From NCBI GenBank assembly GCA_900617105.1, contig UYFQ01000614.1:1-60256 (forward strand): a stretch of 60,256 nt of DNA, given 5' to 3'. Position numbers and translations under genes: made by a program. The notes under the pieces are model-generated. The model saw nothing but the letters and a program-made list of their open reading frames with translations. It was not told where the DNA came from and ran no database searches. Below, piece by piece: positions 1-10,112 of the stretch (positions are counted from its first letter, which is position 1; the number at the start of each line of letters is the position of its first letter). The DNA comes from Hydrurus foetidus. Its lineage: Eukaryota.

Positions 1-566
1 TCGGATTTCTTTCTCAACGTCCTCGAAATCATGTTTATTGCAAGCCATGACATACAGAAGTAATCTTAGCTAGCGGAGCCTAGTCGAATCTTTACTTAAT
101 CTATAATAAAAGCTTATTTTCTTCGCTCCGCTAGCTGGCATTCTTTGTACCAACAATGGTTAACGAATTAAAGTTTACTCCACCAAAATTGGACGAGGAG
201 ATAGCAAATGCGATGGCTATCGCCATTGCGATTAGTAGTCCCATCACTTACTGCGACTTTCGCGATGCAGAGACAATAATGCATGATTTGAGGAGTATAG
301 TGTATGGCTATGTTCGTCGCAATGGCAAAAGTAATCGTTTAAAACAGGCCTTCACAATCCCAAATTTGGTACATTTACAGCTCGGGCTTTCGCTGTATTA
401 ACTACGAGTATACGTCTCAAGAACTTATTCTGTTCTCTTTATTTAGTCCAGAAAGAAAAGTGACTTCTTCCATTATTGACATAGGCAATACAATGCTTAC
501 AAAATGAAAGTTTTGGGTGATGATACCACTGAAGGTAACGAATTAATAGAACTAATTAGGAATAAC

Positions 567-862
567 TGTTGATGGTGGATCAACTGCCAAGAATTGAAAG
601 ACGTGATTCAATTCGGTGAGTTTAAGTTATGACATCAAAGCGATTGCTGCAGGCAAATTGAGTCGATTCATACCATCGGTAATCTGGTGGTGTGTCCATT
701 GTCTGGAGTGGCGATCAGTATGAATGGTTGAAATGAATGGTTGCTACTGTGTTTGCTACTGTGTTCTACATTGTGATGATGAGGTTTAGATTCGAGTGGA
801 AAAGCAGATTGGTTATCGCTGTACTGCGAATGATGCATACGGGTGACTAGTATACATCAACA
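567..862 (-). repeat. 3' LTR of Copia element A (296 bp)
   Basis: On the minus strand, a purine tract GAGAGGGTG is followed by TGTTGATG at 862. The LTR ends CATCAACA at 567, giving an 8-bp terminal inverted repeat. It lies directly after the RNase H ORF. No second copy is in the window. Confidence 0.8.
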
Positions 863-2757
863 CACCCTCTCAATTTGTCTTTGTTGTGTCTGGGACCATG
901 ATGCGCGACGTGCCTTGGGTGTCTGGGAAGCGGTACCTGGGGATGGTGGTGTGTGGACCAGTAGCTGCATCAAAGTTTGGTGCGTATGCACCGGTAGAGC
1001 CTTGGTGAAAAAGTCGGCAAGGTTGTGTTCACCACGACGCCAAATAACTTGGAAGTGACCCTGAGTAACGCGATCTTGGATCCAATGGTAGCGCATGTCA
1101 ATGGATTTGGTTCTTTTGGCCTTCAACGAGTTTGTTGCGAGGCCGACGGAACATTGATTGTCGTACAGCATTAATGTGGGCGCCTGAGGATATCCCATGT
1201 CGTCGAGGACGCGTCGGAGGTATTCTCCTTCTTGAGCTAGCATGAAGAGTGCGGCGTATTCAGCCTCCGCGGCGGATGCGACTACGGAGGGAATGATTGA
1301 GCTGACAGCGTGGATGGCGCCATTGATGTGCTCTGGTTGTCCTTTATTACTTAGGTAACAGATTCCTCCTGCAACGGATCGAGCATTACTGCGTGATAGG
1401 TAGGAGGCATCGACTTGTATGAAAAACGTCATGTCGCAAGCGTGGTAGACCAATTCATTATTGGGATATCTTGAGCAATATTGGAGGAGGCGATCTGCAA
1501 TGTCAGCTACGTCCCGAGTGGGTGACAATTGCAGCGAGGCGAGTAAATTTACGGTGGGTAGAATTGTGGGATCAACGCCTCGTGCGTAGAAAAGAAGGGA
1601 TCCTACGATTTCTTGAATCCGTTTCGCTGCAGCTGATGTAAGCGCGGGAGATACATCCTCCGTTGTAAGCTGGGACCTAGCTCCGCACGAAGGTGGTGTA
1701 TAGATTGAAGGCGACGGGGCACCGCTTGGTTTGCTCGGGTTGAAACGTTCGAGAACCTTGGCGATGTATGCAGGCATACTGAGTGTTACCGTTTTCTGCT
1801 CGCGATTGAATTTAATTGTAAACCCGATGTCGCTCCGGACAAGTCGATTTTCATTTCATATAGTTCGCGGAGGGCCGAGATGAGGTGTTCTGCAGCTGCG
1901 TCTGTGCAGTACTTGACACCGAAATCGTCAACCACCAAGGCGAAGGTGCTACCGTTGGTAGAATGCCGAAAAAGGCAGGGCGTAGATGTCTCATGGTACT
2001 CGTGTTTCGCGAGGTGGCTGATGAGACGCCTCTGGGCTAAGTAACCGGTTTGCGGCAAGCCGTACATCCCTTGGTTGACCTCAAAGAGGATGGAATTGTT
2101 GGTAAGGTACGGTTCTAACAGATGCCTTTTGATAACGGTGTCTGGAATGAGTTTACGCTGTATGCGGATGTACTCAGGGCGAGGTAATGGTGTATTAAGG
2201 TAGTAGTCCTTGATGTCTAGCGTCATCCATTTGTGGTCATCACTGATAACAGACTGAAGCAACAGCTTGACGACGGGCATTGCTGCGGTGTCGGCTGAAG
2301 TTTCTCCTGGATAGTTTATACGATCACCGCCAATGGTACCGCGAACCCGGAAGGGTTTCTTGCCGAGGGAGTCGTACTTTTCTTTTATTTGTGGATTATA
2401 GTAACTTGTATCGCCTCGTCTATCATGTGGCTGATCTTTGCTGTGGATGGGCTTCATTGTCTTCGAGAGGAACAGCCTGTCAAACTCTTCTTTCTCTGCC
2501 TGTCGCCAGTGGGGTTCTTCGTCACCGCGGATAGCTTTAGCATAAGTGAGTTGCGACCCATCTGGTGCGAGGTTACGGGATAACGTGGTTACTGCCGCAG
2601 TTGCTGAAGTTCTGCTGCATGTCAGAGGCAGAACAGGTCTTGTTTTGTATTTTGCGGACATCCTCGGGAATGGTATGTTGGGTGCAACCAATGGTAATTC
2701 CGGCAGGATGTTTTGTTTCATTGGGGACACCAGCGGTTCGGGAGCGTCTGTGGCTGG
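857..2757 (-). pseudogene. Copia A pol remnant, frameshifted near 1830
   Basis: ORFs 1786-2805 and 857-1777 are consecutive parts of RT-RNase H. The reading IDLSGAT resumes as GFTIKFNREQKTVTLSMPAY in another frame, consistent with loss of about 4 nt. Confidence 0.85.
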
Positions 2758-3149
2758 TGTAACAGAGGGAGTACAGAAATTAGGCGAAATAGCCGTAGAT
2801 TCCATTAAAAAAGAGTTACAACAGCTGTGTGATAAGAATGTGTGGGAGGCAGTTCACCTCAACAGTCTTAGTTACGATCAGAGGAAGAGTATCATAACCA
2901 GCAGTATGTTTCTAAAAGATAAGTATACAGCAGACGGTAAATTTGATAAGCTCAAATCTAGATTTGTAGCAGGAGGGCATTTACAAGATAGAAATATACA
3001 TGATAACGGTTCATCACCAACTGTTAGCACCACTAGCGTATTTATTGTTGCTGCAATCGCTGCTAGTGAAAATCGAGCGGTCGCTACGATCGATTTTCCT
3101 GGTGCATTCCTCAACAGCGATATGCCACTAGACGGTGACCATGCAGTGC

Positions 3150-3458
3150 TGTTATAGTTTCCACTATGTATATATCACACGTACGTACGCACGTTGCTCA
3201 CAACCACAAGTTTTTCATTCCAGTTTTCTGTTTCTGATTCTTGGATTGCTTCAATTCGTGATGCACTCGTTGCCTGTCAATCTCACTCACTTTTCATCGC
3301 TTTAAAACTTTAACTGAAACACCTATACCGATACGGCTTCTCTTAGCCATCTCCGCTATTCTGGACTGACTTTCTTGTCAGCTAGAAGATCTTCGTCTCC
3401 TGCTTTCTTGCAGAACGAATCACCGCTTTTCGTCACTTCACGACGTGCAACCGGCATA
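3150..3458 (+). repeat. Gypsy 5' LTR
   Basis: TGTTATAG...CCGGCATA; matches 10344-10652 except at LTR position 8 (G vs C). Confidence 0.95.
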
Positions 3459-3717
3459 AAAGTACTTTTCTCGTTCACGCACTTCGCGCAATCGAAAGAC
3501 GCTTTCCTCGGAAAGTTATTCAGTATCTTATCTCGTAGAGGCCTCGACCAATTTGCACAATTACTCTACTCTGAGAAGATTCGGACATAAAGCTACGCAA
3601 GCTCCGAAGAAGCAAGAGTCAAGAAGTTTTTTTGTGTAAGTCTTTGTTTCCAATCTGAAACTTCCGTCTACAGCCGATCTACAAATTCTCTTTTCCTATA
3701 CTCTGGCTAGAAATTCC

Positions 3718-5373
3718 ATGTCGCTAGAGGATTCTACCAACTCTAAGGATAACAACCCAGCAGTGGATAGTCAACTAGACATGATGCTCATGTTCAAACA
3801 GTTCATGAAGTCAAGCCAAGAAGACAGAATCCGCAACTCAAATGAGTTTACAGAGCTCCGATCAGCGATAGCCTTGATATCCAGAGGATCCCCGCAGATT
3901 TCACTCGATTCACCGATTCCAGATCGAGCCAATGCCAATAGAAGATCTTCAATGTTCTTTGGCAGTCCGTTACCAAAGGAACGCGAATCGACAACGAAAA
4001 CGCAAATACAAGTACTGCAAGCTGACATCATCTATGATAAAGAATTGAAAGTCAGCTCACTGGAAGGACTGCAGTATCTTGCAAAGCAGCTACAACTCTT
4101 TACCTCCAAGTATCCTGGTCGCGAAGTCAGGACTGCACATATGGTTGCCTTCTCGCTGCGCCCTCACGTTATTGCTTCATGGAACTCTTACTGCTTCAAG
4201 GAATCTCAAATCGCGGGATTGGAAGTAAAAGAAATTATGGTTGAGGACTGGTTATCCCTATCCAATGGTCAAGTTCAAGAAATCCTCGTTGAGTCAGCTC
4301 GACCTCGGACGCGAGAACTCTATTCTCGCGAGCTCGTACTCTTTCTTGGCAAAGGCATTCCCCAGACTCCGACAATCAACCCTGAAAACTTTTCGTCCAC
4401 ATTCTATGCGCCTCTGATGAAATCCCTCAATGACCTCCTCCATCTCCACGATTTGCTATCTGAAGAGACAAGCAATCACAGCAACAATAAATCCTCAATG
4501 CCTGTCCCGGGATATGGAACTCGTGATAGCCCTGGCCAGACTCAACTCTGGATCATATCACTCGGCAATCAGAAGGAAGCTGTTCTTCAATGGCTCGGCA
4601 AAGATGAGCTATCCAAGCACAAGACCCTAGCTCCCGCAGTCAAGTTTATTCGCTCTAAACTCATGGAAGGTCGTCTAAACAGCGAGGCTCGGCAAGACTT
4701 TGATTCCAAGCTCACACCCATTCGCTATGAAGACATCAGACATATGCAAGGAGAATCAAACACAAGGCAACAGACGAACTTCAGTTCGAAGCCACAGAGC
4801 AAGCAACACAACAAGATGCCTTTCTCAAGAGACCATCGTCCACTTGATCATTTCTCTGCCATTCATTCCGCTGCACCAGATTCTTCATATCGTACCAGCT
4901 GTGAAGACGACAACTACTTTGATTCCAATGAAGATGGTGACAACACGATCTACGATGAAGACAACAACGACTTCACCGATGACCTCGAGTATTCAACCAT
5001 CTACAAAACGCCGACAAACTTTCAACACGACAATGAGCTATCCGCACTAGAGAATCTATCTTCCCGCAGTGCAATTGCAAGTACATTTCGCGGTTACTGT
5101 AGCGAGCTGTTCGTCTTTGGTTCTTGCCACCGTCGGGACTCAGGATGTACATTAGATCACACTTCATCTGGACAAGAGAAATGCATACACTCCTTCAATC
5201 TACTCGCGAAGAGAGACCTGACTCAGCATGGACAACTTCCGGCATTCAGCAACGCTACCACACCAGAACGATCAGGATCATTTAAACCATCGTTTCCTAC
5301 CTCTCGCCAGGATAGCCGAATTCCGAAACCTTACGTATCCAATCAAGGCATGCGCTCACTCAAGAACAAGTAG
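3718..5373 (+). CDS. gag: Gypsy Gag-like protein with CCCH-type zinc finger
   Basis: 551-aa ORF between the 5' LTR and pol. C-x8-C-x6-C-x3-H at 5098-5160. Ends in a TAG that is in frame with pol. Confidence 0.85.
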   Translation: MSLEDSTNSKDNNPAVDSQLDMMLMFKQFMKSSQEDRIRNSNEFTELRSAIALISRGSPQISLDSPIPDRANANRRSSMFFGSPLPKERESTTKTQIQVLQADIIYDKELKVSSLEGLQYLAKQLQLFTSKYPGREVRTAHMVAFSLRPHVIASWNSYCFKESQIAGLEVKEIMVEDWLSLSNGQVQEILVESARPRTRELYSRELVLFLGKGIPQTPTINPENFSSTFYAPLMKSLNDLLHLHDLLSEETSNHSNNKSSMPVPGYGTRDSPGQTQLWIISLGNQKEAVLQWLGKDELSKHKTLAPAVKFIRSKLMEGRLNSEARQDFDSKLTPIRYEDIRHMQGESNTRQQTNFSSKPQSKQHNKMPFSRDHRPLDHFSAIHSAAPDSSYRTSCEDDNYFDSNEDGDNTIYDEDNNDFTDDLEYSTIYKTPTNFQHDNELSALENLSSRSAIASTFRGYCSELFVFGSCHRRDSGCTLDHTSSGQEKCIHSFNLLAKRDLTQHGQLPAFSNATTPERSGSFKPSFPTSRQDSRIPKPYVSNQGMRSLKNK

Positions 5374-8300
5374 GAGTTTGCAGGACCTTCTCTCACTGCA
5401 ATGCAAGGAGAAGATCATCCTGCCGACAACCCCAAAATATTTGACCCAGACAATACCATATCGACGGCTCTCATTGCTCAACTAGCGTCTGCAATCTCAG
5501 TTGATCCAAAAGACCTGTGCCACCCGTTTATTCGGCCAGGAACAATACGTAGTCCCGACGGATCCTCTACAATTGTTTTCGATAAAGGTCTACTCGACAC
5601 TGGCGCCCAAGGCAGCAACTTCATTTCAGAAGACCTGTACTCGCGTCTGCCGGCCATCATTACCAATTTATCGAGACCCATCGATCGTGTTGTTCGACTA
5701 GGAGACGCACGACACCTCTTCATACAACTTGAGGTACCACTAAATGTCTCCATTACGGACTTCAATGGACAAGACCATGAACACACTCTATGGTACAGCG
5801 TCCTTAAAGAACTTAGCCATGACATCATCATAGGACTTGTTGATCTCATCGGCCCTTTCTACACTCTGTTCGAAAACTCAGTTGCCACATCGCGCCATAT
5901 CGCCAAGTCTCGTGATCTCGGTAGTCACCTATCCGCCTTGACAACGACAATTATGACCTTAGCAACCAACGATCCAACTGACCATATGATGCAGCAAACT
6001 TCTGAGGCAATCAAGTTGGAACACACTGTCTACAAGGATCGGAAACGTTCAATCCAATCCAGCGTGAATACAACTGTTTCTCTCCTTGCTCTACAAGATG
6101 GCTCAACAGTTGAAACACTCCATCATCCTTTGCACGGCAACGTCTATGCTGACGAACGGATGGAAACAAGATACGACATCTTGACCTCACAATTATGCAC
6201 CCCAACCCCAGGTCTTGTCATGACACCGTGGTCCAATCCGATTGATGCACTCGCTCCCGAGGAACTCGATACGCCTGACCCTACCAGTTTCCCGGATGAC
6301 ATACTCGGATATCTCGCTATGACTCCTGAAAGTGCACGCGCAATTTACCGCGTCGATCTCGAGACCCATATCACAACTGAAATGCGAGAGGCTTGCCCGC
6401 ATATAGTAGACCTACTGACATCAGAACTAGCATACGATGTGTTCGTACCGAGCACCTGGACTGGCATACGCATGGATCCATATCATCTCGATACCAAACC
6501 CGGCCTTCCAGATCATATCAAAGCACATGCTCGACCAGTACGTGAAGCACTCTTTGAAGATGCTAGGACAGAATTCAATAGAATGCGGACATATTTCTAC
6601 GAGAAGTCAACGTCACCAATTGCTTCGCCGCTAGTAATTGCTCCCAAAGCCACAGCCCCTTTCATTCGTATCTGTGGCGACTACCGTCCAATTAATCCTT
6701 ACGTGAGCATCCCACAAGAACCGATACCTCATGTGCAGCAATCACTCGCCAAAGCTGCTGGATGGAATGTATTCGTTGATCTAGACATGACTAACTCGTT
6801 CCATCAAATTCCAATCGACATTGCCAGCTCTAATCTCCTATCAGTATCTACACCGTGGGGCTTATTCAGACCAAAATTTTTGCCAGAGGGTGTCGGACCT
6901 GCGTCAGGCATACTGCAGTCAGTAGTACGCCGAGTATTTTCTGACTTCGAACAGTGGATCATCGTAATCTTCGACAACTTTCTGATTCTGGCGTCCGACT
7001 ATGCAGACGCTGCAGACAAGCTGGAGAAAGTGCTCATCCGTTGTCAATTGCATCGGCTCGTACTCAAGATGAAAAAATCATGGATCGGTGCCGCTGTAGT
7101 CACATTTTTTGGCTACGAAGTGAGACCCGGATCTTGGGGTCTCTCCAACAGCCGTAAAGAGGCAATATCCAATATGATCTTCCCAGCAAACCAGAAGCAA
7201 ATGCAAAGCTTCCTAGGTGCTGCCAACTTCTTTCACACTCATATCCCCAATTACGCACAGTGGGCGTCGTGCTTGTATGAATGCACTACAGCATCGTTTG
7301 ATTGGAACCCCTCGACATGGACCAAAGACTACAAAGATCTCTTCGCTATCTTCAAAACCGCGATAACAAATTCTGCAACACTCTACTTCCCGGACTACTC
7401 TCTTCCATGGATCATTCGCTCAGACTCTTCGGATTACGCAGTCGGTGCAGTCCTGTTCCAGGAGTTCGCGGACACGTCAGACAATATTATTCATCAGCCA
7501 ATAGCTTTTGCATCACACAAGTACTCAGGCGCCGCAATCAATTGGGACACGTTCAAACAGGAGGCTTACGCTCTCTACTTTGCAGTGACACAGTTCTCAT
7601 ACTACTTACGTGGCAAACCGTTCGTCATCGAGACCGATCACCGCAACCTAGTTTGGATAGAATCGAGTTTAGTTCCTATTGTTATTCGCTGGCGAGTACT
7701 GTTGCAGAGCTACGTATTCGATATCAAACACATACCTGGCAAGCAGAACATGGTCGCCGACTGGCTATCGCGAATGTACCCTATACCCGTTCCAGTTCTC
7801 ACAGCTATCACAGACTACCCACCTTTAAGCGAAATTTTCGCTGCTGTCCACGGCAATCGCTCCCTGCATCACGGTGCAAAGCGTACGTACACTAAGTTGT
7901 GTTCCCGCTACCCTGGTCATGGCATTCCGATACGTGTTATACAAGACCTTGTATTTGAGTGTCCAATACGTCAGAAAGATCGCATACCTTTACAGCCCAT
8001 CCCTCACGCTGAAGCACGACAAACACTGATGCATCATATTCGCACTATCGGAATGGATCACGTCACAGTGACACCCGCTGATGAGGATGGCTATATCGGA
8101 CTCCTGCTTGTAGTTGAACTTGACACGAAGTTCCCCCAAGCATATCCTGTCAGAGACTACGGTGCACTCACTGTCGCCACCGTGCTATTCAAGCACTATT
8201 GTACGTTCGGTACATACAACGCTATCATATCTGATCCTGGCAGTGCCTTCACTGCAACAGTCGTGCAACATCTCAACACATGGTTCGGCATACCGCATCA

Positions 8301-9141
8301 TATCTCTGTAGTCGGACGACATGAGTCAAACGGAACGGAACATGTCAATGCTCTATTCATCGGCCACCTCCGTCGACTCGTCCACGATCAACGGATGACT
8401 AACCGCTGGGCCTCGGACACAATACTCCCCCTTATCAATCATGCCATGTCGACGATGCCAAATTCCGAAATCGCTGGCTATTCACCGCATGATCTCAAAT
8501 TTGGAACAGTCGATAAGCAGCACTTCCGGTTACCGACAGCTCTGCCTCCTGGAAATTCATACGCGGAATTCATCAATACATTGAATGAGAATTTGTCAAC
8601 AATACGTGCCATTACAAGCCAATATCAACTCGAACTACGTACCAGGCGACAACTTGAGAATCCTGCTGCCAGTCAAAACCTGTATCAAGCCGGTGATCTC
8701 ATACTGTGGAATCCGAGAGAACATTCGAAGTCCTTCAGGTCGTCAAAACTAGCTCCAAAATTACTGGGACCCTTCGTTGTGTTGACTCAGAAGAAGAACG
8801 ATGTTACGTGTGAGCATATACAATCAAAAGAAATTCGTGTGTTTCACGCATCTCGCATCTCTCCCTACATTGGTTCACACACATCAGCAGCAGATGCTAG
8901 TCTACTGGATTCAGAGGAATATATTGTCGAGTCAATAACAGCACATCGAGGATCATGGACATCACTTACCTCACTCGAGTTCCTTGTACACTGGCTTGGA
9001 TATCCAACCGAAGACGACACTTGGGAACCATACCGCAATCTTCGTCATCTTGATGCCCTCCACGAGTACCTGCGAAAAAATAATAAAGAGAGTCTAATAC
9101 CAAATATCCACCGGAACTATTTTCTCCACGATGTATACTGA
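5374..9141 (+). CDS. pol: Gypsy Pol (protease, RT, RNase H, integrase, chromodomain)
   Basis: LLDTGA protease; RICGDYR, DLDMTNSFHQ and IFDN in RT; SDSSDYAVGA, ETDHRNL and ADWLSR in RNase H; GMDH, ISDPG and GTE in integrase; YIVESI..FLVHWLGY..DTWEP chromodomain. The frame is open from directly after the gag TAG; first ATG at 5401. Confidence 0.95.
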   Translation, partial: EFAGPSLTAMQGEDHPADNPKIFDPDNTISTALIAQLASAISVDPKDLCHPFIRPGTIRSPDGSSTIVFDKGLLDTGAQGSNFISEDLYSRLPAIITNLSRPIDRVVRLGDARHLFIQLEVPLNVSITDFNGQDHEHTLWYSVLKELSHDIIIGLVDLIGPFYTLFENSVATSRHIAKSRDLGSHLSALTTTIMTLATNDPTDHMMQQTSEAIKLEHTVYKDRKRSIQSSVNTTVSLLALQDGSTVETLHHPLHGNVYADERMETRYDILTSQLCTPTPGLVMTPWSNPIDALAPEELDTPDPTSFPDDILGYLAMTPESARAIYRVDLETHITTEMREACPHIVDLLTSELAYDVFVPSTWTGIRMDPYHLDTKPGLPDHIKAHARPVREALFEDARTEFNRMRTYFYEKSTSPIASPLVIAPKATAPFIRICGDYRPINPYVSIPQEPIPHVQQSLAKAAGWNVFVDLDMTNSFHQIPIDIASSNLLSVSTPWGLFRPKFLPEGVGPASGILQSVVRRVFSDFEQWIIVIFDNFLILASDYADAADKLEKVLIRCQLHRLVLKMKKSWIGAAVVTFFGYEVRPGSWGLSNSRKEAISNMIFPANQKQMQSFLGAANFFHTHIPNYAQWASCLYECTTASFDWNPSTWTKDYKDLFAIFKTAITNSATLYFPDYSLPWIIRSDSSDYAVGAVLFQEFADTSDNIIHQPIAFASHKYSGAAINWDTFKQEAYALYFAVTQFSYYLRGKPFVIETDHRNLVWIESSLVPIVIRWRVLLQSYVFDIKHIPGKQNMVADWLSRMYPIPVPVLTAITDYPPLSEIFAAVHGNRSLHHGAKRTYTKLCSRYPGHGIPIRVIQDLVFECPIRQKDRIPLQPIPHAEARQTLMHHIRTIGMDHVTVTPADEDGYIGLLLVVELDTKFPQAYPVRDYGALTVATVLFKHYCTFGTYNAIISDPGSAFTATVVQHLNTWFGIPHHISVVGRHESNGTEHVNALFIGHLRRLVHDQRMTNRWASDTILPLINHAMSTMPNSEIAGYSPHDLKFGTVDKQHFRLPTALPPGNSYAEFINTLNENLSTIRAITSQYQLELRTRRQLENPAASQNLYQAGDLILWNPREHSKSFRSSKLAPKLLGPFVVLTQKKNDVTCEHIQSKEIRVFHASRISPYIGSHTSAADASLLDSEEYIVESITAHRGSWTSLTSLEFLVHWLGYPTEDDTWEPYRNLRHLDALHEYLRKNNKESLIPNIHRNYFLHDVY

Positions 9142-9196
9142 TCGTGGCCAGGTATCACAAACTGCTGACCGCTCATTGTAACATGGTACGAGACCA

Positions 9197-9934
9197 CTAT
9201 GTGAGGACGTCCTTAGAAAGTGGGTAACCCCTGCAAAAACAACTATTTAAAAATAATTTCCCCAAAGGGATCGAACCCGAGGGGGGAGTCGAACCCGGAG
9301 GTTGAGGTGCCTTCTTCCACCCCTTCTTGTACAAATCAAAGAAGAAACAATACGTCAAATCAGCCATTTTATCTGCCAAGTTCTCCACAGTAAATTCAAC
9401 ACTACCAGCAGTACACGCATTGTCAAATAATCTCACTCCGTTTTCATCATTACGTATACTGACTGCGTGATCATGCCTGCTGTACCCTGTCGCTTTCTTG
9501 CTATAAGTCTCCACTTTGTCCTCCACGCCTTCCGCTTTCCCTATCCTCTTTAACAAAGCTTTGTGTTCTGCGTTCTTCAACTTTGATTTGCCGAACAAAA
9601 TGTATATACCCTTGTTCGCCAGCACTGTCTTGATCAATGATTTCACGCACCAGCACCTGTCTTTGTCCACTCTGCCTATCACCCTACGGAACTCGAACTT
9701 CAACTTCCTGCCCAACTTCCTATTCTGTACACACGCATGCTTCAAAAAATTCAAAGCGTCATGCGATGATGCTCCGTAATGTAGTTTGCTTGTGACATCG
9801 ACAGCAATTGAATTCTTGTACACATCACCAGCATCACCACCCAATCGAATCCAATCCTGCTTTTCGCTCGACAATGGCAATACCATCGCTGCTGCCAGGC
9901 ATAAATTCTTTGACGGCCTGAAGTCGTCTGTCAT
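9197..9934 (-). CDS. Antisense accessory ORF inside the Gypsy element; putative papain-fold (Josephin/C39-like) cysteine peptidase
   Basis: 245-aa ATG-initiated ORF between pol and the PPT. Motifs NLCLAAAM (C12), HDHAVSIR (H156) and RLFDN (D171). The ORF is directly visible; the function is inferred from motif layout only. Confidence 0.6.
   Translation of the reverse strand: MTDDFRPSKNLCLAAAMVLPLSSEKQDWIRLGGDAGDVYKNSIAVDVTSKLHYGASSHDALNFLKHACVQNRKLGRKLKFEFRRVIGRVDKDRCWCVKSLIKTVLANKGIYILFGKSKLKNAEHKALLKRIGKAEGVEDKVETYSKKATGYSRHDHAVSIRNDENGVRLFDNACTAGSVEFTVENLADKMADLTYCFFFDLYKKGWKKAPQPPGSTPPSGSIPLGKLFLNSCFCRGYPLSKDVLT
9267..9295 (-). promoter_or_regulatory. Two tandem Pol III B-box-like motifs
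   Basis: Minus-strand GGTTCGACTCC (9285-9295) and GGTTCGATCCC (9267-9277), 18 bp apart, with a T5 run about 14 nt downstream. Confidence 0.45.
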
Positions 9935-10112
9935 GTTCTATACTTGTGTTGTGCTTGTCATGTAGTATATATCCTGCACCATCACACAGCCATCAATTTA
10001 TCAATGGTTATCACGGCGGCACCATCAATTTTTAAAAAATCTTTCAGAGCCACACATGCCACCCCACACGACATCCGCAGACGGGGGTTTCGCTTTTCCT
10101 TAAATCTATCTA

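Larger units (their letters stand above)
567..2757 (-). mobile_element. 5'-truncated Ty1/Copia retrotransposon A (RT, RNase H, 3' LTR)
   Basis: RT motifs TLDIKDYYL, GMYGLPQ and LVVDDFGVKY; RNase H motifs VDASY, AEAEY, YDNQ, KSIDMRYHWIQD and ADFFTKAL. The right boundary is approximate, placed where Copia B coding begins. Confidence 0.9.

Noticed and set aside
3289..3463. Tf1-style self-priming for the Gypsy element via ACTTTT/AAAAGT
   Set aside because: Only 6 bp of AT-rich pairing, which is expected by chance.
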